Assembly (NCBI RefSeq): GCF_018350175.1
Contig: NC_058368.1
Coordinates: 175,214,001 to 175,278,000, forward strand
From: Felis catus
Lineage: Eukaryota
DNA length: 64,000 nt
Direction: 5' to 3'
Shown: one piece after another, positions 1-10,972 of the stretch
How the letters are laid out: the number at the start of each line of letters is the position of its first letter
Position numbering within the stretch: the first letter of the stretch is position 1
Notes under the pieces: generated by a model
What the model saw: only the letters and a program-made list of their open reading frames with translations
Database searches by the model: none
What the model was told of the DNA's origin: nothing
Position numbers and translations under genes: made by a program

Positions 1-559
1 AGTAATTCATTCATGCCTTCTGCCTGGAAAATGGTTCCCAGTCCTTTCATTGAAATTCAGTGTGTGAACTAAACATGTGGCTTCAGCAGCTCCCCGTTTT
101 CTGTGGGACTGAGACCAAACCGTGGGCAGGGCATTCGAGGCTCTTCACAGCCCTCACTTTCCAGCACCCTCTCTTCCAGCTGTGCCCCCCTTGAGTCTCT
201 GTGTTCCAGTGCTGTCCAGCCACTGATGGTCACCCTTCTGTGATGTCTGTGCTGCAGTCACTGTTGGGAAAAATCCCTTAGACTTCGTTGGCTAAGCACA
301 CTTCTTTTCAATCTCCAAAACCCTACTCAGCACCACTTTCTTTGTGGAGGTCCCCTCCCCTGATTCATCCTGTGAGCTCAGTCCCTCCCCCAGAAGAGTT
401 GCTTACTCCTTCTCCTCTACCAAATGTCCCAAATCCTTCTGCTTCTTGGCATCTTCTTTGCCAGCACTGTGGGCTGAGCCCACAATACCTGCCACCCCGC
501 TGATGACGAGAGCCCCCAAACACTCCCTACACCCCCTTCACACCTCCCACCTCCTCTAA

Positions 560-1010
560 TCTGATCTCCACGGCAGTGAGAGTGATCATGGAAAAACTCT
601 GGCCAGAGCATGCTGCTCCCCTGTTTAAAATTCCCCAGCGGCTTCCACTTTACCCAGAATATAATCCAAGCTCTTGGAAAAGCCCCCCGAAACCTGGCAT
701 GATCTGGTCCCCACCCACCTCTCTGGCCTCCTCCTCCTCTTTCCCCCAGCACACTGGCCTACTCTTCGTGCCCCAGAGTTTGTAGCTGCTGTCCCCTTCT
801 GGAATGTTCTGTGCCTACCTGCCTTCCACACAAGTTCCCACCCACCCTGTTCCATACACACACATACTGTCTTCACCCGTCCATCACTCGGGACTCACCT
901 GAACAGTCGTCCCCTGGGGAAGCCCTCAGTGCTGCCCCCCATGACTGGGTGGTCCTGGAGGGCAAGGATTGTATCACAGTGATTTGTATGTCCCCCGGCT
1001 GGGGACAGAA
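560..1010 (+). mobile_element. L2 LINE 3' fragment (ancient)
   Basis: L2-like text such as catgctgctcccctgtttaaaattccccagcggcttcc...tataatccaagctc; degraded, boundaries approximate. Confidence 0.55.
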
Positions 1011-1344
1011 TAAGACCTAGACTATGTGTGGGGACAGACCCACGGGCCTCACGGGAAGATCCAGCTTTCCAATGAAGCGGACCCTCTAGCCTCCCTTGGG
1101 CTTGTCCCAAGCAAACGTGAATACTGCTGGCCTGGTTCTTGAGGGCTGGGCAAGGCCACCACCTGCCTGTACATCAGGGAGTGGATTTACAAAAAAGTGG
1201 CCCACGCGTCCTTTTGAGTTATAGAGACACGTACCTTGAGTACAATGAGCGTAACAGTCAGGACAAGCCAGTCTGGAAGCTTTGCTCTGTCCTGGGTTGG
1301 TGCAGCCTAGGGCAGCGCCCTGACCTTGCTGGCCATTTCCTGGG

Positions 1345-1455
1345 GGGGCGCCTGGAGCCTGCTTCGGATTCTGGGTCTCCCTCTCTCTCTGCCCCTCCCC
1401 CGTTCATGCTCTGTCTCTCTCTGTCTCAAAAAGAAATCAACATTAAAAAAAAAAA
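1345..1455 (+). mobile_element. CAN-SINE with internal deletion
   Basis: GGGGCGCCTGG joined directly to AGCCTGCTTCGGATTC, then (CT)n region and A tail. Confidence 0.85.
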
Positions 1456-1458
1456 TCA

Positions 1459-1670
1459 GGGGCGCCTGGGTGGCGCAGTCGGTTTAAAGCACCCGACTCG
1501 TGATTTCGCCCCAGGTCGTGATCTCACGATTCGTGAGTTCTAGCCCCGCGTCGGGCTCTGGGCTGACAGCACAGAGCCTGCTTGGGATTCTTTCTCTCCC
1601 TCTCTCTCTCTGCCACTCCCCTACTCGCTCTCTTTCTCTGTCAAAAGTAAATCAACTTAAAAAAATAAAA
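1459..1670 (+). mobile_element. CAN-SINE (SINEC)
   Basis: GGGGCGCCTGGGTGGCGCAGTCGG head, B-box-like GTTCTAGCC, (CT)n, A-rich tail. Confidence 0.93.
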
Positions 1671-1863
1671 TACATTGAAACATTTTCTTGTAAGAGTCTC
1701 TGCTCCCCTCCCCTCCACTACCCTATGTCTCACGTTCTATTTGATCCTCACCTGTCCCGGATTCCAGGCTCTGCCAGGGGCTCTGATGTCAGCAAGGGGT
1801 GTGAGGGGGTCAGCCAGGCCAGTATAACCTAGTGCATACGCCTGTCCCAGTAGCAGGCCTGCT

Positions 1864-2080
1864 TTTTTTTTTTTAACGTTTATTTATTTTTTTTGAGACA
1901 GAGAGAGACAGAGCATGAACGGGGGAGGGGCAGAGAGAGAGGGAGACACAGAACCGGAAGCAGGCTCCAGGCTCCGAACCATCAGCCCAGAGCCCGACGC
2001 GGGGCTCGAACCCACGGACCGCGAGATCGTGACCTGAGCTGAAGTCGGACGCTTAACCGACTGAGCCACCCAGGCGCCCC
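1864..2080 (-). mobile_element. CAN-SINE (SINEC_Fc)
   Basis: Full-length reverse copy; TSD agcaggcctgctttt at 1852-1866 and 2082-2096. Confidence 0.96.
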
Positions 2081-2178
2081 AAGCAGGCCTGCTTTTAACT
2101 CACTCGGTGTTGGTTGAACATCTGTCATTGTTGGTACTGATGGATTCGTTGGTGGTGATAACTTCGCTGGTGTCATCT

Positions 2179-2495
2179 TGTGAGTTCAAGAGTGTCCTCC
2201 AAAAACTCATGTCCACTTGGGGCCTCAGAGTGTGGCCTTATTTGGAAATAAGGTCATCTCGCGTTTCTTCAGACCTCGAGATGAAATCATCCTGGCTAAA
2301 TTCGATGACGCTTCAAAGATTGTCAGCCGTGCGTCCTGGCAGCTACCAGAGGCCAACAGAGAAGCATGGGATGTTATCTCACAGCCTCCAGAAGGAACCA
2401 ACAGCCGCAGAGCCTTTGGCCTCCTGATCAGTGAAAGGATACACTTCTGCAGTTTGAAGTCACCCGGTCTGTGGTTATTGGTTATAGCAACGCTC
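2179..2495 (+). mobile_element. MaLR (MLT1-type) solo LTR
   Basis: gtggccttatttggaaataaggtc and cagcctccagaaggaaccaac...tgcagtttgaagtcacccggtctgtggt motifs. Confidence 0.7.
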
Positions 2496-3109
2496 GCTGT
2501 GCTCAGCCCCACGGCAGCCCCGCCCGTAAGGAAGGCACTATTCCTGTCCTCCACGCAGACATCAGGACAAGGAGGCTCAGAAATTTCCAGAAGCTTGCCG
2601 CAAGTTACCCTTGCCCTCCCCCAGGCTCTGGCTACAAGCGGGCCCAGCATGCGGGGTCTTGGGTCGTGGAGTGGACGAGAGACGAGGCGTGGAAGGCGTG
2701 GGGGATGAGCTTGGCGGGTTGAGACAGGGCACGGCCACCAAGGGGAAGAAGCATTCTGCCTGCATCTGCTCTGCAGGACCCGCCCTGCGGAAGCTGCCTC
2801 CCTAGCCAAGCAGAATCCACCCTGGCTGGCTCGTCAGCGTCAGCAGAAAGACAAAAGGAGGTCTTCATCCCCTGTCCTGCCATCAGAGCACCTTCCAGAG
2901 CCCAGGACCTTATGCGGTGGGGGGGGAGGGGGGGGCTGGGAGGGAGGTGACTTGCCAGGAGGGCTCATCTGCAGGGTGTTGGGTGCACATGGGTTCATCT
3001 CCCCAAGCGGTAGCTGAACCCTTTGGTGTCAGAGCCCCCCAGCCAAGGGATGGGGTTCTTCAAGGCCATGCTAATTCGTTCCAGAGGGCGTGAGGGTACG
3101 TTCATGTCT

Positions 3110-3700
3110 CTAGTCTGTCATTCATCTCTGCACATTGACAACTGCATACGGAGCCTCCACTGAGGGCCCGCCGTAATTCTAGGCCCGGAGATCAAATGGT
3201 GGACGAGATTCGTGTGACCTCTGTGCTTGAGCAGCTCCCAGGCTGATGTGAGGGACAGCCATCTTAATTAGCCCACAAAGGATGTTTCATTCCCAATGTC
3301 AAGAAATGGAGACTTGAGACCCTGTCCGGGGCCCTGTAGGGCCAGTTTGGAACTGGGAAGTTTGAACTGAGAGCTGAGGGGTGACGCGGGGTTGGGTAAA
3401 GAGCGGAGGAAGGCAGGTGGCTGTGTGGGAATGGCATTCAGGCAGAAAAACAGTGCGTGCAAAGGTCCTGAGGCAGGAGGGGACGTAGCGCGTGCAAGGA
3501 AAAGAAAGGCAGCGGAGCCTGGGCAGAGGAAGTGATAAAGAGGAGAGATCTGAGACGGGGCGTCAGTGAAGAGGGTTGAGGGAGGAAGAATCAGGCCACA
3601 CAGGGCCTGGTAGGATCGGCAGCGGTTTTGGTCTCTGGCCGCAAACAGTGAGAAAGGCCGAAGAAGCTTAAACAGCTGGGTGACATGACCAGATCTGAAC
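3110..3700 (-). mobile_element. L2 LINE fragment
   Basis: gggaatggcattcaggcagaaaaacagtgcgtgcaaaggtcctgaggcagga L2-antisense motif. Confidence 0.6.
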
Positions 3701-3719
3701 CAGACTGGGGACCTAAAAT

Positions 3720-4000
3720 CCAGGCTGGAGCCCCCAAGACGCCGTGGGGCTGGGGCTGAGTCACTGCATTACTCCAAGTCGGTTTCCTCCTTTGTAAAGT
3801 GGGAGTCAATAGGGCCACCTCCCTGGGGCTTTCCCATTTAATTGGATGTCTACCGAGTGCCATGCTGTGTGGGTAGAACCCTCCTCACTGTGGACGAGGA
3901 AGCGGGGGCTCAGAGAGATGAAGTGACTTGCCCAGGGACACCAAGCAGGAAAGCAGCAGAGGTCGGTAGGAACCCGAGTAGCCCGTCACTGTCGCAAGCT
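3720..4000. mobile_element. Two MIR fragments in opposite orientation
   Basis: gtttcctcctttgtaaagtggga (+) followed by gaggaagcgggggctcagagagatgaagtgacttgccc (-). Confidence 0.55.
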
Positions 4001-4156
4001 CTATCGTTGGCTGGCCTTGAAATGCGGCGACATTGAGATGAGGGGCGGTGGAAAGTGGACAGAATGACGTGTGGTCCTGGGACCCTCTGCCCCGATTCTG
4101 TCTTCCAATCCAGCTTCGTCAGATGCACGGGAAAAAAAGACCAGGTAGCCTCTTCG

Positions 4157-4187
4157 TGTGTGTGCGTGTGTGCGCGTGTGTGTGTGT
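4157..4187. repeat. Imperfect (GT)n microsatellite
   Basis: gtgtgtgtgcgtgtgtgcgcgtgtgtgtgtgt. Confidence 0.85.
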
Positions 4188-5899
4188 CTAGTTATTTTCG
4201 GCGGCAAGGGAACTTAATTAAGAATCGAGTTCACAGCTTTCCCGCTGAGAGTTAGCCGGGGGTGCAGGATGGAGAAAGGGAGTAGAAAGGGCAGACTGTG
4301 GACAGTGTCACCAAAATAATGAAGCGGAACCTTAGGACTTTCCAGGGAGGAAGGGAGGGGGCACGGAGGCTATTTTGGGCGCTTCTTGTGCATCACAAAG
4401 CCAGTGTGCTAATATTCTGTATTCGCAGGCAGAATTCTTTCGGAGCCGGCGTTGGAGCAGAGGCCGGCAGGCCGTTGCCCTTGGTGACGGCAGAGACAGT
4501 GTCATTGGCCGGAGGGTGTTGAGACAGGGGCCGTTCCCGAAAGAGCCCCGGACCTGGAGCCTGCCCCCTTCCTCCAGCAACTCCATTGCTTTCCACCTGC
4601 CGCCTTGTCTTCTCACCTGGACCTTTCCCTGTGACCTCTGGAGCTCTGGACACCATGGGCCCTTGCCCCCTCTTTAGGATTTCAGAAAGCTTCCTGGAAC
4701 ATCCAAGACAGGCAGCTATGCAATGAATCCAGTTTGGACACGGGTTTTATTTGGCCTGCATCTTTAAAAAAATGTGCACCTGTACTGTGAAAAGAGGAGG
4801 TTGCGTGCAGAGAGCAGAGCTGCGGGCCGGGCCCTGAGCCAAGTGCTGGGAGTGCAGGGGGAGGAGGGCAGAGGCAGAGGCAGACCGATGGCAGGCACCA
4901 ATGGCAGACCGATGGCAAGCATTGCACAACGATGACATTATTGGATGGTGATAAGAGCCGTGGAGGAGCATCAGCGAGACAGGGAGGTGGTGACCTTTTA
5001 CTGGGTGCTCAGGGAGACTTCAGGGTTGAGGTGGAGGCCACCAGGGGAGGAGGGGGAAGCATCCGCCAGAGAAAGGACCTGGTCCTGGGAGACCAACGAG
5101 TGCTCAGCATTTGCAGACCTGGAGCTCAGCACACAGGCCAGGTGGGCCACGGGAAGACTGAGACAGGTGGGGTCAGAGGACAGTCGTCTTGAAGGTCGTG
5201 GACTTTGTCATCAAAGGGGCCAGGGGGCCAGAAGGTGGGGAAGAGTGTGTGGGTGTCGGTAAGACATCACTGTTACTGATTGGTTGCTACTGTTGTAACT
5301 GCTACCCTGACCAAGAATGACGCCTGGGAGGTGGTCCAAAAGCAGCTTTATTTTTGTCTCCTGCATTAGCGGGGCAGTCCCTGTGCCTCTCTGGGCTGTT
5401 AGAGACAGACCTAAGCCACGTAAGTCCCCGGCTGCGAGCTCAGTTCTGGAACTAACGATGGCTGCCCACCCATGCCGCTCACCAGCAGCTGTTTTCATAT
5501 CCTAGCAGGGGTGGAAGCAGGGAGAGGAAAGAGGAAGCGATTGTTTCTACCGGACGAATGGCTTTGCATCCTCCGGCTGAGGCAGGGGTTCAAGCCTACT
5601 TTTTCTATGAGAGTGCCTCTGTGGTTCTCAGGAGGCTCCCACGCTAGAAGTCCCCTGGCTGTGACTCCCATAATGGTGATGTCTCTCTTTCGGCTGACTG
5701 CCCATCCCTTTAGGCCTTCGTTTCTGGACCATCTCTCCATTCAGTGCTAGCTGCCTCTTCCTGGTCAGCGGAATGTTAGGCCACTCCCAGCTGGCTTTCT
5801 CTGCTGCCGGGACTACATCTGGTCCAAGAGAGCACTCACATATTCTTTGGTCTGCCTTGAAGAAAGTCCGTTACCTCATCATCACCACCATATTCATCA

Positions 5900-6032
5900 T
5901 CTTCCCTTTCTCCTCCTCCTCCTCCCCCTTCTCCTCCTCCTTCTCCTTCTCCTCCTTCTTCTCCTTCTTCTTCTTCTTCTTCTTTCTTCTTCTTCTTCTT
6001 CTTCTTCTCCTTCTTCTTCTTCTTCTTCTTCT

Positions 6033-6065
<33 letters not shown>

Positions 6066-6438
6066 CCTCCTTCTTCTCCTTCTTCTTTCTTCTTCTTCTT
6101 CTTCTTCTTCTTCTTCTTCTTCTTCTTCTCCTCCTTCTCCTTCTTCTTTCTTCTTCTTCTTCTTTCTTCTTCTTCTTTCTTCTTCTTCTTCTTCTTCTTC
6201 TTCTTCTTCTTCTTCTTCTTCTTCTCCTCCTTCTCCTTCTTCTTTCTTCTTCTTCTTCTTTCTTCTTCTTCTTTCTTCTTCTTCTTTCTTCTTCTTTCTT
6301 CTTCTTCTTCTTCTTCTTTCTTCTTCTTCTTCTTCTTCTTTCTTCTTCTTCTTCTTCTTCTTCTTCTTCTTCTTCTTCTTCCCCTCCTCCTTCTTCTACT
6401 TCTTCTTTCTTCTTCTTCTTCTTCTTTCTTCTTCTTCT

Positions 6439-6471
<33 letters not shown>

Positions 6472-6920
6472 CCTCCTTCTTCTCCTTCTTCTTTCTTCTT
6501 CTTCTTCTTCTTCTTCTTCTTCTTCTTCTCCTCCTTCTCCTTCTTCTTTCTTCTTCTTCTTCTTTCTTCTTCTTCTTTCTTCTTCTTCTTCTTCTTCTTC
6601 TTCTTCTTCTTCTTCTCCTCCTTCTCCTTCTTCTTTCTTCTTCTTCTTCTTTCTTCTTCTTCTTTCTTCTTCTTCTTTCTTCTTCTTTCTTCTTCTTCTT
6701 CTTCTTCTTTCTTCTTCTTCTTCTTCTTCTTTCTTCTTCTTCTTCTTCTTCTTCTTCTTCTTCTTCTTCTTCTTCCCCTCCTCCTTCTTCTACTTCTTCT
6801 TTCTTCTTCTTCTTCTTCTTTCTTCTTCTTCTTCTTCTTCTTCTTCTTCTTCTTCTTCTTCTTCGCCTTCTCCTCCTACTTCGCCTCCTCCTTCTCTTTC
6901 TCCTCCACCTACTTCTTCAT
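5900..6920. repeat. ~1 kb (TTC)n/(TCC)n polypyrimidine repeat (GAA.TTC type)
   Basis: Only two purines (A6398, A6792) between 5900 and 6864; TTC runs broken by TTTC and TCC units. Confidence 0.98.
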
Positions 6921-6948
6921 CATCATCACCATCAACACTGATCTAAAC

Positions 6949-7387
6949 CAGGAGTTGGCAAACATTCTTCTAAAGGAGCAGATAGTACTGGGGCGCCTGG
7001 GTGGCTCAGCGGGTTGAGTGGCCGACTTTGGCATAAGGTCATGATCTCGTGGTTGGTGGGTTTGAGCCCCGTGTCCGGCTCCGTGCTGACGGCTCAGAGC
7101 CTGGAGCCTGCTTCCAATTCGGTGTCTCCCTCTCTCTGCCCCTCCCTCACTCGCACTCTGTCTGTCTCTCTCAAAAATAAATAAACATTAGGAAAGAAAT
7201 TAGAAAAAAAATAATAAAGGAGTAGATAGTAAATATCTTAGGATTTATGGGCCATTTGGTCTCTGTCACAACTACTCAATTGCCTCTGCAGCCCGTTTTG
7301 AACCCATAGGAACATAGAATAAAAGAGTTGGCCGCGTTCTAATAAAACTTTGCAAAACAATAGGCAGGCTATAGTTTCTGATTCCAG
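6949..7387 (+). mobile_element. MER58A-like hAT-Charlie MITE interrupted by a SINE
   Basis: caggagttggcaaac...agatagtaaatatcttagg...taataaaacttt...gtttctgattccag; 8-bp TSD atctaaac (6941)/acctaaac (7388). Confidence 0.8.
6990..7214 (+). mobile_element. CAN-SINE (SINEC_Fc)
   Basis: Full length; TSD taaaggag(c/t)agatagta. Confidence 0.95.
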
Positions 7388-9156
7388 ACCTAAACAGGCG
7401 TCAGAAATACTATCTCTCCCACTGCATGAGAGTGAGACACCCATGCTGTCCTCTGTCACAGGTCACAAATCCACCTTGCTATGGCACCTCAGCTCGTGCA
7501 AATCTTCAAACATACTCCAAAGCAGAGAGACTAACAGTGACTCCCCTGGACCTGTCACTTTGCTTCAATAACCACGCTGCCATTCTTAAGACCATCTTCC
7601 GAGAAAAAAACCGACTGGTAGTGGTGGGGGCTAGGAGGCAGCTGGCTAGGATGTAAGATGAAAAAGGAAACAGGAAAAAGAGCTCCCAAGAAATATCTTC
7701 TCTCTGCTGGGGAAGCTGGTAACTGTCTCTTTCCGTCCTTTCAGAGGCTCTGAAGGTTTGAGGTCAGAGGACTCCCAGATCTTCAAACCTCGAGGCACAG
7801 ATATGTTCCGACACAGCTGCCCTGGCCCCGTCTGGCTTCCTAGAAGGGCTGAGGAGAGCTGCCAGGACGAGTCTCCTTTGTAAGTAAAGGCACTTTGTTG
7901 ATTCTTGCTGATCGCAGCATCCTGGAGCCATCGAAGGTCTAGGGGCAGCTGTGAATTTGAACACCCGAGCCTCCCTCTGTGACCTTGCACAGGCACTTTG
8001 CTTCTGGAGCCCATTTTCACATGGCGAGTGGTATCTGCCCCCAGAGGGAGGTTGCAGGAATTAAGGGAAATAATCCAGGCCATGTAATGTTTTCTGAAAT
8101 ATCTGCGGATTTGGTGGGGCTATAAGAATGAGCTGTTGTTTCTCTCCCGTCCTGCTTTCTGTTGTGGGTTGTTAGAACTTGCTTTTCCATCCTTTGTCAG
8201 CATCCCGGGCAGATGATGGTTACTTATGAGTCCCATTTCCTTGGATCCATCCAAACCTGTTTTCTTTTGATTTCTCTCCGTTGCCAGACCACTAAAGACC
8301 CTCATTTGTTCATTCAACAATGCACATGGGTATCCGTTTCATGCCTCTTGGCACAGACATGAAGTGGGAAGGTTTCCGTCTCAGAGCTTGGGGTCCAGGA
8401 AGTCAGTGACATAGGGCCAACTGACTGGGGTCCTCAGATGTCCAAGGTTAGACTGCCCTTGAGGCATTGCTAAGAAGGACAGAATCAGCACCACAAAGCC
8501 ACCCCAAGCCTATCTCACACACCTTCCAGGCTGCACAAAGCAGAAGATGAGAAGGCAAGGAAGAAGAGATCTTTGGAATTTTGAGCCATCATCTGAGTTC
8601 AGAGTTCAGGAGCTTCATCCCTCCTCTCCTCCAGGACCCCAAAATGTGCCCATGTGAGAAGCGTTCCAGCATCTTCCACACAGAGGCTATCAAAACCCCA
8701 GCAGTGTTGACCAGAGGAGCAGTGATGATCAAAAGATCAAGGGGACCAAGAACAGCCAGTGAGCAGAAAATTTTGTACTCTTCCTTCTCCTCCTCTTTCT
8801 TGACCCTAGAAGAGGGAGTAGACGGGGGTGTCTCAGAGAGCTGGCTACAGCTCACTGTCTTACAAGGTCAGGGAGAGAAGGAACCAAAGACCAGACTATA
8901 GCCTCTCCCCACTCTTGAGTCCCCAGGACTTCAGTCTGACCGGTGATAAGGAAAATAGAAGGAAGAGACAGAACTTAAATCAGAGAAGAAGGTGTAGTTC
9001 TTAACATTTGAGACCAGACTTCTGATAACCCCCAGTGTTTGGACGGCTCTGAGTATCAGCCAAGCACCTTATGGATGGCGTCCCATTCAAACCTCAGCAC
9101 AAACCTATGTGGGAGTCAGGAATAATTTAGTGGCTAGTTAAGAAAAACTGATTCAT

Positions 9157-9389
9157 GGGGCGCCTGCGTGGCTCAGTCGGTTGAGTGTCCGACTTCGGCT
9201 CAGGTCATGATCTCTCGGTCTGTGGGTTCGAGCCTCGCGTTGGGCTCTGTGCTGACAGCTCAGAGCCCGGAGCCTGCTTCGGATTCTGTGTCTCCCTCTC
9301 TCTCTCTCTCTCTGCCCCTTCCCCGCTCATGCTCTGTCTCTCTCTCTCTGTCAAAAATAAATAAGGATTTAAAAAAATTAAAAAAAAAA
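9157..9389 (+). mobile_element. CAN-SINE (SINEC_Fc)
   Basis: Full length; TSD aagaaaaactgattca. Confidence 0.96.
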
Positions 9390-9506
9390 GAAAAACTGAT
9401 TCAAACTAGATTAAGCAGAAAAAGGATTTATTACTCACATAATAGGGGAAGAATAACGGGTTAGTTCTTGAAGGAGGGCCTGTAAGTGCCAGGGCCCCAT
9501 CTCCAG

Positions 9507-9508
<2 letters not shown>

Positions 9509-9548
<40 letters not shown>

Positions 9549-9556
9549 CTGTCTCT
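9509..9556. repeat. (CT)n microsatellite
   Basis: Direct reading. Confidence 0.9.
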
Positions 9557-9633
9557 CCCCCAGTTTCTCACCCACTGTTAGTTTATATTACTTATTTATT
9601 TATCCAACAACTCTAGGCAACTACTTGGATGTC

Positions 9634-10072
9634 GGTATTAATTTACAATTGCTGCTATAACAAATCACCACAAACTGCATGGCTTAAAACAGCACAGATT
9701 TATTCTTATTGTTGTGGTGGTCAGAAGTCCGAAATGTGTCTCACTGGGCTAAAATCAAAGTGTTCCTCTGAAGGCTCTAGAGGAGAATCCTCGTGCTTAC
9801 CTTTTCCAGTTTCTAGGTGCTTCCTGTTTGGCTCGGCGTGTGGTCCCTTCTTCCATCTCTGAAGCAGCAGTGGCCAGTTGAGCCCTCACATGGAACTCAC
9901 CCCACCTCCTTCTTTTCCTTTTAAGGAACCTTATGATGACCTAAGGATCATCCAAGATGGAAATTTATTTCCATCTGCAACCTTTAATCCACTTTGCCAT
10001 GTAAGCCACATATTCCCAGGTTCTGGAGATTAGGGTGTGGACCCCTCCGGGGGCCATGATTCTGCCTGCCAC
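9634..10072 (-). mobile_element. MaLR (MLT1-type) solo LTR
   Basis: ttgctgctataacaaatcaccacaaact...ggcttaaaacagcacagatttatt...ggagattagggtgtggac. Confidence 0.8.
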
Positions 10073-10074
10073 GC

Positions 10075-10470
10075 TGTCTAACAGTCATCTCAAGCTTGAC
10101 TAGTCCACATCCGAACTTCTGCTCTCCCCCCACCACCCACAAACCAGCACCACCCACAGCCAGCGCAGTCTGAGCTGAGGACAAGTCCCGCGGAGACTTG
10201 GCTTCCCTCTTTCTCACAACCTGCCTCCAATCTGCCAACTACTCCTGTCGGCTCCACTGGTGAAAGCTTCTCACGTCTCACCAGCCCAGACCAGCTACCA
10301 TCCTCTCTTACCTGGAAGATTGCAAAAGCCTCCTCTCAGGCCTCCCTGATTCTACCCTTGTCCCTACAGTCTAGTCCCATCGGGACAGAGAAAAAGGTTC
10401 TTTGAAAACCTGGGTCAGATCAGGTGGCCCTTGGTCGGTAAACCCATCTGCCTCCCTGCACTCCCTGAGC
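10075..10470 (+). mobile_element. L2 fragment
   Basis: gattgcaaaagcctcctctcaggcctccctgattctacccttgtccc motif. Confidence 0.55.
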
Positions 10471-10972
10471 GAGAATCAGGAGTCAGAGAGATGGAGATCG
10501 AATGCCACATTATTACTGAAAAAGCTGTGCTAGAGGACTTGGCTTAGGCACGACAAAGGGTTGGTGAAAGCTCCCCTGAATTGAATTTACTTGCCCAAAC
10601 TCCAGGCAGAGCTCTGCTAAGATAGCCAACCAAGCAGACCAAAACACTCCTTCTGAAGTCACACAGATGTGAAGGAAGGTGAGGAGACAGGTCTGAGCCA
10701 AGACCACCTCCCCAACTTCCCAGCTGGAGGAGAGAAGAAAGGGTGGGGAAAGACGCCATGAGTGCCCTGGGGACGGCCTTTCACAGTGAAGCAACCAAAG
10801 TCCCCGTTCACGTCCTACTAATGTTTTGGTATGAAGGGGATTCATTTTCATAGCGCAGAGAAAGGTTCATTTCTATACCTGGATTTGCCTGGGAAGTGAG
10901 ACGGCTACGGGTGGTGGGAGCATGGGGACTAGAGGATGTTATGGAGAGTGACACTCTAGAATATATGGGAGG

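Noticed and set aside
2217..2809. Overlapping 163-aa and 194-aa ORFs
   Set aside because: They overlap LTR and MIR-like remnants in GC-rich DNA, use non-ATG starts and resemble no protein I know.
5773..7017. 414-aa and 364-aa ORFs (poly-F/L/S)
   Set aside because: A purine-free repeat cannot contain stop codons; these are translations of (TTC)n with no coding signature.
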